A DNA stretch of 64,000 bases, taken from assembly GCF_025526975.1 (NCBI RefSeq), contig NW_026515698.1:248001-312000 (forward strand), in the 5' to 3' direction. Below, one piece after another: positions 1 through 12,856 of this stretch. The stretch's first letter is position 1; the number at the start of each line of letters is the position of its first letter. Under the pieces are notes generated by a model that saw only the letters and a list, made by a program, of their open reading frames with translations, was not told the DNA's origin and searched no databases. This DNA comes from Fimicolochytrium jonesii. Its lineage: Eukaryota. Position numbers and translations under genes: made by a program.

Positions 1-1360
1 GGCTGCGTTGAAGAGGGCAGGTGCGTGGGGTCCGAGGGAGAATGAGGGGGAAGGGGGGGGGACTGAGGGCAGATTGAGCTGATGTTTCGATGTGTTTGTG
101 GTGGAATAGAGGAGGATGAGAAGGTGGTTGTGACGCTGATTACTGCTTATGGGCGGTATTTCAGTAGGTATGTAGGGGAGGTGTCCGACTGCGGTTTTAC
201 TGCAATCATCTTTCACTCTCCGACGACATCCCATGTCCATCGCTCATTCACCCGTCTTCGTCCACCTCTCAGCGGCCAAGACGTAACAGAACAGCCCGTG
301 GAACTTCCCCCGGCTCAAAGCGACGCAGACGCCACCCGCGCCTACTACCGCCGCCGCTTCGACGGCTCCGTCGGCCGCATAGCATTGGCGATGGCCGCAC
401 ACCCCAAAGTTCTGGTCGTTGGGCTCAATGGGCCTGTTGTTGGTGTTGCTGCCGGTGCGTGCATTATCGGCAGTTCGCTTTAGTTCCAAACCACTCAGTT
501 CTCATTACACATCTGTTTATGGATTTAGCGATGATAAGCCACGCGGATCTGATATACGTATCCGACACGGCGACGCTGCATGCACCATTCACGGCACTGG
601 CCATCTCGCCCGAGGCGGGGTCGTCGTTTATGTTTGTGAGGAGGATGGGGGTGGCGAAGGCTATGGAGGCTTTGGTAATGTGCATCATATCGGTTTTGGG
701 GCCGAGGAATATCGCGGGGTGTCGTGAGCGAGGTTCTTTTTTTGGGGAAATGTGACTAACAATCACGCTTTGTGACAGCTCCTCTCGAAAAAGTTTACAC
801 CCCATGAACTCGTCACCTGCGGATTCGCCAAGTAAGCCGCACCCACTCACACACATCCTCATCCTTGTTCCCCAACTCTCACATATTCCCCACACCAGCG
901 CAATCCTCCCAACCACCGATTTCCACGCCACCCTCCGCACGGCCCTACTCGCGACCCTGGCCAATGTCTCGCCGGCGTCGTTGAGGGTTACAAAAGCGCT
1001 TGTGAGGGGTGCATATGGGGTATGTTTTTGTGATTCCCTTGTGAACGTTCCACACTGGTTGTGTTGGGGCACGCGATGTGACGGACCCGATTCCATTTTT
1101 TCCTCATGATCTCCTACGTTTGGATACAGGCCGAAGCCGAGCGTAATATCCACGAAGAAGTCGCTGCGTTGACTGAACGGTACAGTATTACCCGAATCGC
1201 CCGCTTTCTGGTTTCATCCATTACATGGGATTTCACATGCCCGCCACTACGAAATAAAAGAATTGATCCGTTCCCCTCCACATCTAGATTCGTCTCGGGC
1301 GCCCCGCAAAAGGTATTCGCAGGCTTGGCCACGCAGTTCGGGAAAAAGAACAAGTTGTGA
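1..1360 (+). CDS. Peroxisomal enoyl-CoA delta-isomerase / crotonase-family protein, multi-exon, 5' end outside the window
   Basis: Exon fragments HPKVLVVGLNGPVVGVAA and ADLIYVSDTATLHAPFTALAISPEAGSSFMFVRRMG are crotonase motifs. GT-AG introns. C-terminal -NKL is PTS1-like. Confidence 0.8.
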
Positions 1361-1681
1361 GGAGTGGACGCGTATCCTACATGACAGGGAAGGCGTATGT
1401 GGGGAGCGACATGATTTCCAGGTGTGGTAGGGATAGGACAGTAGTCTATGTAGCCTTTCAGACCTTTTGTGGTTGGTGTTGATGTATATAGCAATGCCTT
1501 GATGGGACGCTGTGGGCTCTCCGTATCTGTACGTTGAAAGATTAATTTGGACATCGACGGTGTTTCGACAGCGCGAAGGCATACTTTCCGACCGTCAAAC
1601 GCGTCCGATCTCAGTTGAACTCGGGCATCCGAGGGCACGCCCTTACTTTCTATTCCTGCGAAGAGCAATACATACGCAGTC

Positions 1682-4378
1682 ATGGCCGCCATTGCAGCAG
1701 CCAATCTTTCCCATAATTCGATCCCCGAGGACACGGAGGAGGAGGAGGAGGAGGTAGAGAGGCCGAATGTCGCTGTGCGGCCCCTCACTGTGTCGTCGGT
1801 GAAGCGGCCAGGATTGAGACTCATTGAGGGGCAGGCTTTTGCGTAGTAGGTTTGTCCGGCATTTTCTGTGGTTTAAAGAACCCCTGAACAACAATCACTC
1901 TAAATCTCATCAATCTTATTCAACTCAAAGCAATGAAGAAGGCCTCGCCCTCCTCGCCCAAGGCAAAACCCTCAACTCCAACCCCACCCTCGCCCTCTCC
2001 CTCGCCAAATTCGACCGCGCAATCCAACTCCTCCCCACCGAACCCACCTTTTTCAACAACCGCGCCGAAGCCCACATCGCCCTCTGCGATTTCGAGTCCG
2101 CCATCGCCAATTTCCGGCACCACATCGCTCTCGCCGACGCCGTGGCTACCAAGTCGTCACCCACGAGGTCGATGGCGGCCAGCCCGATGAGCAGTTCCAC
2201 GCGGCCGGCGACGAGAGCGAATGGAGATGTGGGCGTGCATGCGTCGGTCTTTGTGCTGACGAGGAAGCTGGCCCCGATTGCGTATACATGGGGCAACTGC
2301 TTGTTTGATATGAAGCGGTTTGAGGAGGCGTTGAGGATGTTTGAGTATGCGATGGGGATTGGGATGCGGGCTGAGGCTGTTTTGCTCAAATGGTGGGTTT
2401 TTTGTGGATAATATCTACCCTTTCGTGCCCTCGGGGCAAAACCTGCATCATTGACGCTGGAACGGGATGTCGCAGTGCATTGGCGTACATAGGTCTAGAC
2501 CAGCTCGACGCCGCCCTCGAGATCCTCTACAAGCTCACAGAAGCTCCCAACCCCAACATCGAGCTCTACATCGTCCGCGCCAAGATCTATCGTCATCTCG
2601 GAAACGTGCGTCGCCTCTCCCATACCCCCATGCCCTACTCCCCACGCACTCATCCCTCTCACCCCCTAGGTCGAATTCACAAACATAGACCTCCAACGCG
2701 CCCTCCTCGTCGACCCGACCCACCCGGAACTCGCGCCCCTGCTGACCTACACACTCAGCAAAGCGGTGGATTATAAGAACTTTGCGTGGCATGAGACGAT
2801 GAAGGGGCATCCATTGGCGGCGATACAGTATTTGACGCATGCGTTGGATTTGGATGAGGGGGATGTGGCGGTCTATAAGCAGAGGTGGGCTATGATACAC
2901 TGGACGGTTATGTAACTCCCAGGATAGGGTTCCTGATGTTTCGGATCTGTTTAGAGGGATACTACTGGCAGAAAGCGGCCAATACGAAGGTGCTATCCAA
3001 GACCTCGAAAAAGTGCTTTCGGTCACTTCACCGGCTGATGTGGGCACCGTGGCGGAAGTTCGGAGCTGCTTGGCGGGGGTTTACGTCGATATTGGGTTGA
3101 TTGCATACCAGTAAGTTCTCTGCAATTGGTGGACGTGGGGATATCGGTGCTGAGAAACACGGGCGACGATAGGAAGGGGGAGCTCCAGGCTGCGATTACC
3201 TCGTTTACGGAAGCGTTGGGGTATAGTCCTGACAATCCCATTATTCTCAAGAACCGGGCGGGTATGTATCTGAATCTGATCCCGCCTCCCCTTCTTGTCC
3301 ACCACCTCCCCTTCCGCTCCCACTCTCCCTCCCGCCACTGACCAACCCCCCTCCCTTATTTTCCACAGACTGCCACCAAGCCCTCGGCCACATATCCGCG
3401 GCAATAACCGACCTCGCCCACGCACTCGAAATTGACCCAGACGACGACGCCTGCCGCGAGCGGTGCGCGCTGCTGTGGGCGATTGTCGCGGACCATGCGA
3501 GTGTGGATGCTGGTGCGGGCGGGGAGTGGAGGAAGGCGGTTGAGTTGTGGGGGATGGTATGTCTACGGCGCTTCGGCTGGGTGGGGTTGATGGATGGAGA
3601 TCTTGATTGCTGTCTCTGTCTTTCTCGATGTAGGCTCTGCAATATGATCCGCTATGCGCCGAGTACTTTTTCCGAAGAGCCAGGGTGTATTACCGTAATC
3701 AGGTGCGTTGTTAACCCCCTACCCTAAGCTTCGCTCCACTCCACCACCTACCTACATCTCCACCCCCCTCCCTCCCCTTTCTTCAGAAAATAAACGAAGC
3801 CTACACCGACCTCCTCTCCGCGCGCGCCCTGGATCCCACCAACGTCGAGATCTACGCGATGGTGTGTGAACTCCAGGGCGGGCCGCAGTTGGCGTCGTTG
3901 CAGCCGTTTGCGGCGCCGGGGGTCGTCAAGAGAGTGGGTGGGAATTGGGTCGGTGGGGGTGTTGGGGTGGTTAAAGGTATGGTGGTTCGTGGGATGTTGA
4001 TCTGCAAGGTGCGTCGGGAGTTCCTGATGTCTGGTTGGCTGTTGGATAGGTAAACGAGGTAGCACCCCACCCGCCAAAGCCGGCGCGTCTGCCACTACAT
4101 CAGTTGCTTCCAGCCCGGCCTCCACAACCACAATCCGCATCCCAGCCTCCAGCCACGACCACGTCCTCTCCCTTCCGCCGCTTTCTCTCCCGAAACTCTC
4201 GGTTAAGGAAGGCGGCGAGCATCCCTATCAGAGTAGCAGGAGAGGGGTGGAGGTGGGGAAGAAGAAGGAGGGGGAGGGGAAGGGGAAGGAGGGAGGGATG
4301 AAGAAGAGGGAGGAAGATGAGGCGGTGGAGAAGTTGAGGCCGATGTTGCATAGGGTGGCGTTGGAGTTGGATGTTTGA
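1682..4378 (+). CDS. Multi-exon tetratricopeptide repeat protein (TTC16-like); start approximate
   Basis: Repeated TPR helices (AIQLLPTEPTFFNNRAEAHIALCDFESAIANF; AITSFTEALGYSPDNPIILKNRA) separated by short GT-AG introns. Confidence 0.75.
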
Positions 4379-5360
4379 GATGTTTCGATGAGTGATTGCG
4401 ATTTGGTACGGCTCCGATATCCAGTTTCTTCTCAGTCGCATCGCCAGATTTCGATATGGACGGCACCGAGCAATGGATTTTGGGAGAGAAGCATGCTGTG
4501 AGACGACGATATCATAGGTTGCTATTTGCTACCCACATAATATCTCGAATGGGAACTATTAGGAGAACTACAATATACAGACATAGCGAATAGCATATCC
4601 AATCTTCATCGCCCCGGAACAAAGGCATCCCGGACCTACGCATGAGACAGATGCGCCATCCTCCGAGCTACACGTAACGCCTCGCAAGCTCACGAAACAC
4701 ACAATTCTGCGGCTTCAACGAATGTGTTTCCATACGCTACGTAGGCTTGGGGGCCTAAGAAGGGCCGATCTGCTCTTGACACGACACTCTTTGAGCACTG
4801 CGCCGCCTTGCAGCGAGGAAATCGGGCCACGAAGCGGGATGGAGGAATAAGGTGAATATCAGCGCATCTTTGTTTTCATGGAGATGGGTGGAGAGAGCCG
4901 AGACACCGGACCGACGGGATCGCGCTGTCGAATTTCAATGGGAATTGACCTGTCAACTAGCCGGGTGAACGTCTCTCCTGCCTACATAAAAATTTGAGGT
5001 TAGCGACAGCGTTCTTGATCTGTCCTTGCGTCGTGGCGACCGCGGACATCAGGGTGGCCACCCATATTCATAAGATCTAGATCTGGGCTAAATCAGTCGT
5101 CGAAGTTCAACTTGGTAACAATCAGCCATACAGGGATAATCCCCTCTCCACATTCGTTTGGGTACAGATACACACCTTACTCTACATAAAACCATTTACA
5201 TACTGCACAACGACCCTGCCAGGCAGAAAAACAAGAGAAGAATGTTCAAGAATACACAACCATCGGTGGCTACAAATCGCTGAGCACTAAGGAAAAGCGT
5301 CTCACGCAGGGGGCCCTCATCCTCGCTCGCGAAGAAAGTCCATCCCAATGTCCCATTTGC

Positions 5361-7138
5361 CTAAAACCGATACGCCCCATCCCCAACCACACTCATCCTC
5401 CACCCTTTCTTCTCCTCCCTCGTCGCCCTCGCATTGCCCCCTCCCCCGTCTCCCACATCCCCCCTCGGCACCGGCGGCCTCACCCACACCAGCAGCGGGC
5501 CCCAATCCGCCTTCACCCTTGGGACCACCTGCCCCTCCCCATCCGCATCCTGATCTCCCACATGGCTCGCATCCGGCACATCAACATACCCATGCTCCTT
5601 ATAAAACCCCTCCGTATGCCACAGAGACCAGACCTGGACAGTCTGGATGCGCGGCAGGCGATGCAGTTCCTGGATGAGGCGGCGGGAGAAGCCGCGGCCT
5701 TCGTAGAGATTGTTCACGTAGAGTTTGTCGATGCAGATGTGGGTTGGATCTGTTAGGGGGTGGAAATACTGATAAAAAAAACATAACGACATGCGACGTG
5801 AAATGTTAGTGAGACAATGTCATCCAGCGGTTCCGACTGGGATCATAGCTTTACCTCGATAAACCCAACCAAATCCCTCGTCCCCAAATTCGCACTGTCG
5901 CGATTCCGCCCCGTCTCCGCCCTCCAATACGACAATATATGGTGGTCGTTCTCCTCATCCGGTCCCACTCGCGGGAACACGATCCCATCGTCATCATCCT
6001 CATCTTCCGTTCCATCCGTGTCATCGGAGGGGATATGTGAATCGGCCTTTTCTTTTTTGGAGGAGTGTGCGGCTGATCGGAGGAGATCGCGGCAGATCCG
6101 GATGAAGTGCTCGTCGCCTTGGCGAAGGTGGCGGACGGCGATTTTGGGTTCGGGGGTTGGTGGCATTGGTGGAGGAAGGGCGGCGTGTTGTTGTTGTTGG
6201 GAATGTGGAGGATGGTGTTGGGGGTGCGGCTGGGCGTGTTGGTGCTGGTGTTGCGGGTATGAGTGTGCGTGCGCGTGCGTTGGGTGTTGGTAGGAGCTTG
6301 GGTATTGCTGGTGGGATGGGGAGCTGTGGATGGGGGAGACGAGACTTGAGAGCGAGTTTTTGCGCTCTGAGTGCGAGTAGCCTGCATAACCCCAAACCAC
6401 ACATGTCAGCAAATCCTCAGCGCCTCTCAAAGATCATCAGAGGAAATTCTTACGTCGCTCAAGCGTCGGCGCCGTCGAACTCCCCCCATGCCACGACAAC
6501 CGCGACCCCGGCTCCTGCGGCATCTCCTCCCCCTGCGCATTCGGACTCAACGAGTACCGCAACGACCCGTGTCTCGACAACTGCGGCAGCGGCTTCCGTT
6601 GCTGCAACCCCAAATCCGGCTTGGAGAAATTAGAATGTGTGTAGAACGCGTTGTTAACGGCGGCATTCAGACTTCCATTGCTGGAGTGCGTTTGCAGCTG
6701 TTGCTGCGGATGTGGGTATCGTTGCGTGGTATGCACGCCAGCTCCAGCTGAAGAATCGCTCATCGCGTCGACATCGGACATCAAGACCTCGTCATCACCC
6801 GTTTCTGCCGCGTCATCGCTCAGGTAATACTGCATCTTGTACTCGCCGAGGGTATCATCTTTCTTCGCGGCGGCATCGCTTTTGGTCTTTTTCCGGCCGA
6901 ACCCTAACCGCCTTGCGACCCTCCTGAGACCCATGTACACGATCTTTGTCGAGTAGAAACAGACGGTGGCGGACGTGACGATGGGTACGGCGGCTACAGC
7001 GGCTAGCGGAAAGAAGAGGAGGGAGACGGGGACGGCGAAGAAGGCGGTGACGAGGAAGACGCCGAATATCCATGTTACGAAGATGTGCGAGAGATGGAGG
7101 GATTGGTTCTGTTGTGCGTCCTCATCCACTTCTGCCAT
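5361..7138 (-). CDS. Protein with an N-terminal hydrophobic hairpin, a His/Gln-rich linker and a C-terminal GNAT acetyltransferase domain; start may lie further upstream
   Basis: ORFs 6437-7198, 5843-6430 and 5361-5792 join in phase through introns (e.g. 6382-6453, GTAAG..GCTGAC..CAG). GNAT motif A-like IDKLYVNNLYEGRGFSRRLI is followed by EGFYKEHGY. Confidence 0.6.
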
Positions 7139-8299
7139 ATTGTCGGGGCCTGTGGTTTGCGTGGGATGTATGTGAGATGGACGATATGTGACACACATAA
7201 GTATGGGATGTTCTGATGTCTACATTCGAAACCGGATGCTCCAAGAGGACTCTTGCGCGGGAGAGTCCCCTCACGATAGAATCAGCCGCTCTGGCTGCCC
7301 TCTGTTTTCCCCTCCAATCCTCCTCTCCCGTACCGCTTTTCGCGCTTGCCACGATGTCGCCCCAACCCCCCTTCACCCGACCGCAACATCCACCACATGC
7401 GCTTACCATTCTCACCCATAAACATCCCCGCACTCCGCTCATCACCCTTCAGCGCCGCTGGAAGTTCCAACGGCTCCGTCGACGGCGAAGCGTCCGGGGA
7501 CGGGAGGGAGGCCGGGCCGGCCTCGAATGGCATCACCCTTTACTCGAAGTGGTTATGTCGAAGTTGGTAGGTGTGGTAGAGAGGTTGGTTTTCTATCTAC
7601 GATTCCCTAGTGGGCGCCAGCGCCTGGTGTCTAGGTAGATGCCCTTGCGGTCTGTGGTGCCGATATACGGCCGGCGGGATTGCAAGACGTCGGGAGTGGA
7701 ACGTACGCGCTGAATAACGACCGGTGAGAAGACTTTGAACGATGGCTGCTCGCTCTACGTCCAGTACAGAGTATACGGGAACCAAGCGCTACTACGTATG
7801 CAGACAGTCCTGTTAGGACGCTGAAGGGACAGCTGCTGCCGGAGAAGACGCTGACGACAACGAGTGAGTTCAGGGCCCTGTTGTGGGTGGTGGCCGCGTG
7901 ATGGCTGTGAATTTGAACGTCATGTCGGTGGAAGGCGACGTTCCACAACACACATGGCCCTGACTTTACGCGCACAACAGCCTGCTGCCCACATCGATTC
8001 ATTGTTTGACAGGCCTGCCGTCAGAGCATCCTCCGAGCAAAGATGTCAGGGAATCAAAGAAAAGAAAAGGTAGGTATCGGATAGTGAAATTGTGAGCAAC
8101 TATATGTGTATCAGATATCGAAGACGCATCAGGAAGTTTCTCTGTCTGTCTGTTTGTCTTTTGTGTCTGCCTAGCCCTACGTCTATCCTAAATGGGAAAC
8201 AGCCTAAACGTAGTAATCTACGGACGATCGTACGCACTCGGGTTCCTTGCGGGTCAGCATTTTTTCTCTCAGTGTTTCATCGCAATCGCGAAACGCAGT

Positions 8300-9439
8300 T
8301 CATCGCTTCCTCATGGGACTCCAAAAGTTCCTCGCAAAGTTCGACGCCCCAGTCGACGTCGCCTGCTGCACCACCACGCCCAACAGCATCGGCAACGGCG
8401 ACATCCCCCTCACGACCCGCGGGCTCATCTTCGGGCTTGCAGTCGGCATCCTCGCCGTCGGCGATGTCGGCGACGTCACGCGGTGCGCCAACGACGCCGG
8501 CGGCGTCCCTGGTCGCTGTGGGCTCACAGGGGAAAGATGCGACGACGACCGAAACACAGGCGCGGACGAACTCCGCGGCCGACTCGCATTCGTCACATTC
8601 CGCAACTGTGTATTGATCGCAAACTGCTTCCGCGCGATCCTTGCAGTGGTCTCGCTCACACGCTGCGTCTGCTGCTGCTCCGTCGTGAAATGCTCCCGCA
8701 CGCTCGCATACACCTTATCCGGGCCCTCCACCGCCTCAATCCTCACAAGATTCGCTTGCGGGACCGGAGTCGCCCTGGTCCCTGCCAAGACCCCACCCTG
8801 CCGATAAAACTCAACAACACTCGGCGTCTCCACCGCGTGCAAGCGCAACCGCTCCTCAATCACCGCTTCGGTATCGTCCCCCCTGCCGCGGGCACCTAAT
8901 CTTGCACGCAACATCTCCGGCGGCGCGTCGAAGAACACCACCGTCCGCGGTGCACCCACACACTCCTCAAACAGTTTTGCCTGTGCTAACGTGCGCGGGA
9001 ACCCGTCCAGTAGTATCCCCTTCCCTGCATTCCCCGCACGTACGATATCTTTCACGGCCGCCTGTAACACCCCGACGACGATGGGATCAGGCACAAGCCT
9101 TCCCCGGGAAATAAGCCCCTCGATCTGCCCCCCGAGCTCGGTCCCGCTTGCGACCTGCTGCCGTAACAGCTCCCCAGTGCTCAAATGCGCCATACCGAAC
9201 TCGGTCGCGAGACGCGTGCTTTGAGTTCCTTTGCCTGAACCGGGGCCGCCGAGAACTAGAGTTATCTCTGGGCATTGAGTTTGAGTTTGGGACGCGCTTT
9301 TGGGTTGTGGTGTTGCCGGTTCCGATACCGGTTGCTGGGTGTTGGGCTTCACGTTCGGGCGGACGGTCCACTGGGCCACGTCGATGGGCAGCGACGCGGA
9401 TGTGGAAGCGAGGCGGGTATGCGAGGGTCTGGTGAGCAT
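8300..9439 (-). CDS. Adenylate kinase / UMP-CMP kinase family protein, intronless
   Basis: P-loop GGPGSGKGTQ, HLSTGELLR, ILLDGFPRTLAQA and short LID GRGDD. Confidence 0.9.
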   Translation of the reverse strand: MLTRPSHTRLASTSASLPIDVAQWTVRPNVKPNTQQPVSEPATPQPKSASQTQTQCPEITLVLGGPGSGKGTQSTRLATEFGMAHLSTGELLRQQVASGTELGGQIEGLISRGRLVPDPIVVGVLQAAVKDIVRAGNAGKGILLDGFPRTLAQAKLFEECVGAPRTVVFFDAPPEMLRARLGARGRGDDTEAVIEERLRLHAVETPSVVEFYRQGGVLAGTRATPVPQANLVRIEAVEGPDKVYASVREHFTTEQQQTQRVSETTARIARKQFAINTQLRNVTNASRPRSSSAPVFRSSSHLSPVSPQRPGTPPASLAHRVTSPTSPTARMPTASPKMSPRVVRGMSPLPMLLGVVVQQATSTGASNFARNFWSPMRKR

Positions 9440-10257
9440 CTTTCTGTAGATTGTAAATTCTGTTATGAAAAACTTGGTGGAGTGGTCTTGTTCGAAAAGT
9501 CAACTGATGGAGAGAGTAAAATGCGAGCGAGGTCAAGCGGTGTCGGAAGGGGATTCACATGCACATCCACCTGATGTAGAGCGGAGAACCTACGCATGGC
9601 AGGTGCTGGCCTGGAGGGTCCAAAATAGGCCGACCTTGTTGACCTGGATGGGCCTTGGCAAAGCACCGTGAGCCGAATTTAGAAAGGCAAGAAAGCCGAA
9701 CGCGTCAACAAACGCGTAAGGCAGAATCATACAAAAACAGAGCGGCAACAAGCTGGCGACGACTGATGAGACGCTAGGAAGAAATCTGGGGATTCAAAAT
9801 ATGCCAAAACAGAGGCAGGGTGCAAAAGCAAACAGAAAAACAAAAATGGGTGGTTTGGGCCAATAAAGCGGATCGAATTTGAAGAAAGCGTTGAGTGAGG
9901 CCCCTACGTCACGTGATACTCTCGGGTGTTCTGGCGCGTTTCCCCTTACATAATCGGGCGGATGCTGTTGCAGGCTTCCCTGCGTCCTCAATAAGCAAAA
10001 AGCCATGGCGGCCAGAGGAGTTAAAACTGTACCTATGAGAGTGCCCGGATAAAGGCAGATTCCATAAGCGAAAATGACCGGTGCTAGGCCCGGCCGTAGC
10101 CAACTCGGTGTGAAATAGTGCATCAGCAAACGGAGTGGTTGGATTGTAGAGTATAAGAGCAGCATGTAGCCCGGTCTTCCGGGAACCAGCAAGATATTTC
10201 ACAGGGACATCAATCTGGCGCTTCATAGTGCATGTACACAAATAGGAGATCACCGCA

Positions 10258-11445
10258 ATGCATCTTCCATCCTCCATCCAGAACCTCGCACTACTGGCCT
10301 ACCTCTCCAACCTCCTTGCCCCGGTGCATGCCATCCCAGTCCTAGATCGACGCATCGACGCCGCCAAAGAGTCTCTCGACACCTCCGCATCGCCCAAATG
10401 CCGCATCGGCGGCTGCCACCGCGAACGCTGCATCAAAACCGACTCGCCGGACATCAAGGTAGAGGAACACGTATCGGGATCGAAGCGTGAGGAAAGCGAG
10501 AACTGCGATGGAAATATCGAACCTTCAACGGCGAGATGCTTTGAGAACGTGGAGTGTCGGTATAATGAGGACCGTAACGAGTGTGGATGGGCGGAGAGCG
10601 AGGCGTTGAGGACATGTTTGCAGGCGGCAGCAGTGATTCATCCTGAGCCGTCTAAATCAGAAGCGGAAGAAGAAAAAGAAGAGAAACCAAAGCCGGAAGA
10701 TGGCGGTAAAGAAAAGACCGACAATTCCAAGAAGGAGGCGGGACAGTCTGAGAAATCTGACAAAAAGACGCCACAAAGGCAACGCAAGCCCGACGACAAT
10801 CAAACCGAGTGGGAGTCTTATGTCGAAGGGGAAGAAGGCGTAGACAGTGTGGCGGAAGTGGACACGACGCTGCCGCCCAAAGACATCAAATGGGATTACG
10901 ACACTGGCAAGGAAAAGGTCGAACAGGGAAGGCAGCCATGGCGGTCCCAGGTTTTGGAGAACGTCAAGGACGAAGGCATGCGAGATGAGGCCAAGAACAA
11001 GGACAATGGCGACGAGACTCCCGAAAAGAACGTCTCCGCCAGTCCCTCAGCCACATCCGCCAACATATACAACCACGCCGTCCCCGCCTCCGACTCAGTC
11101 CCCGAGCCCGACACACCTCCCACCGACGACGACTCCCCCCGGCACAACAAAGCTCTTTCCGACTACAACCCTGCTCTCTCCGTCCTCAAATCCGACGCCA
11201 CGACCCGTCGCATCGCGCCAGAATGCCGGCCGGCGGGCTGTCACGGCGAGCTGTGCGTATTGGCCGGGAACGCACCGATTTTGACACCGTGTGTGTGGCG
11301 CAATGAGTTTAAGTGCTATCGGGAGGCAAACTGTGTGTATGACGAAGAGTTGGGGATCTGCGCGTGGGATTGGACGGAGCAGATGGAGGGGTGTGTTGTG
11401 GGGAAGAAGGAAGAGGAAGAGAAGAGCATTAGGGATAATTCCTGA
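10258..11445 (+). CDS. Secreted protein with two eight-cysteine domains joined by an acidic/charged linker
   Basis: Signal-peptide-like N-terminus. Two domains (CRIGGCHRERC...CGW...C and CRPAGCHGELC...CAW...C) each contain 8 Cys. Confidence 0.8.
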   Translation: MHLPSSIQNLALLAYLSNLLAPVHAIPVLDRRIDAAKESLDTSASPKCRIGGCHRERCIKTDSPDIKVEEHVSGSKREESENCDGNIEPSTARCFENVECRYNEDRNECGWAESEALRTCLQAAAVIHPEPSKSEAEEEKEEKPKPEDGGKEKTDNSKKEAGQSEKSDKKTPQRQRKPDDNQTEWESYVEGEEGVDSVAEVDTTLPPKDIKWDYDTGKEKVEQGRQPWRSQVLENVKDEGMRDEAKNKDNGDETPEKNVSASPSATSANIYNHAVPASDSVPEPDTPPTDDDSPRHNKALSDYNPALSVLKSDATTRRIAPECRPAGCHGELCVLAGNAPILTPCVWRNEFKCYREANCVYDEELGICAWDWTEQMEGCVVGKKEEEEKSIRDNS

Positions 11446-11649
11446 CAGGGGCATCGGAAGCTCATGCTATTTACTTTGACTGCTATGTATAAACTTCTTC
11501 TACTACGCTTTGTTTAGCGTCCAAATGGATATACTTCTCGCTTGACTTCCACATCCTGAAGGTGGGCAAACGCCAGCGACACGCCGAGAACCAACGCGAC
11601 GAAGAATGAGAAGATGGCGTGCAGAATGGTGAGACATCGGTGGGGGAGC

Positions 11650-12500
11650 TGAGGTATATAGGGACGATAGCAACGGTGGCGATGGTGAATGGAGTAAACA
11701 AAGGGAGCGAACAGCCCCCAGAAAGATCCCCAGCGGCCCATTTTCGTAGGGAATGGATGAGACGCTTGTCCTTTCTCGCAAGATGCGCGAACATCCTTGC
11801 AACGCAATCGTGGATGCGAGGAAGAACGGCTGACCGTGTCAAGGTGTGGAACTCGCAGATCTTCTTGGGCGGTCTGTGGGAGTGGAAGATCAAGTGGATT
11901 TCTTACAGTCGAGGATTGGGAAGGATATGGATGGGCTGAAGCGTGAGCCAATCATTGGAGTTGATAAAAACACACAGCTCCTGTTCATGTTCCTTCCTGT
12001 TCTCATTGGCCCCAAATGGCAGCATCAACTCGGAGTGACTGCTCAAGCATACCTCCAGATACTGGCCGACAAGGACGAGGGGGATCTGGAAGCCCCTCAA
12101 TCCGACATCCGCCATCTACGACTATGGTTTCTGGTAGAAAGGCTTCTTCCCACTTTGGGATGTGGCAGATGCAGAAAGCGGATGTTATGGTATCATGCAA
12201 ATGCACCGGTTGTCTACAACGTTAACTGGTTCCTCAGAGAGACATTGCTGCTCTTGGTTCAGTTCCTCACTGACGCCCGTCCCAGGCCATGTCACATCAT
12301 CTCAAACTTTTCTAGGGCCAGCACGGATCTCACCTTTCTGCGGTGATATCCTCCCAATGCACAACCAGGCCTTGGAGCACTGTGTTGAGCAATGGGAGAA
12401 AAAGGAGACAGGCTACTGCTACGCATTCCTGATAACATGCTGTTCAAACTCGACCTGGAAGCGTTTGAGAACTTCCACCAGAACGAGTTGACAAACGATC
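11650..12500 (+). pseudogene. Decayed TET/JBP-like 2OG-Fe(II) dioxygenase copy, internally deleted
   Basis: Fragments IIGVDKNTQLLFMFLPVLIG, HFGMWQ, VNWFLRETL and GDILPMHNQALEHCVE match the 56.7-58.2 kb copy across different frames. Confidence 0.6.
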
Positions 12501-12856
12501 TGGTGTTCGACAATGATGATGCTCCACCCATTTCCGACAGACTGCCCATGTTTCCATGATGGAGCAGCATGTCAATGAGGTCAGGGAAGAGTACAGGCGA
12601 CAAATCGAATAAGAACATATATTTTGAGTTTTTTTATCGGGTATGTCGAACTGAGCGTGTGTATCAGGTTGACCAAGTCGCAACGTACATCAGCCAAAGC
12701 AGGAAGAAAGAATGTCTGTATGAGCGCCTGATATGTATTCACAGTAACCAAGCCCAACAACACAAAAGAGAGGTCCAGCCCGCAGCATTACATTAGGGGG
12801 TGTTCTATTCTATTAGGGGTTATCTACGGGGGAGGAAATATTTCGCGGGGGTACTA

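Noticed and set aside
9794..10192. Hydrophobic minus-strand ORF
   Set aside because: No ATG start, splice context or family motif I can support.
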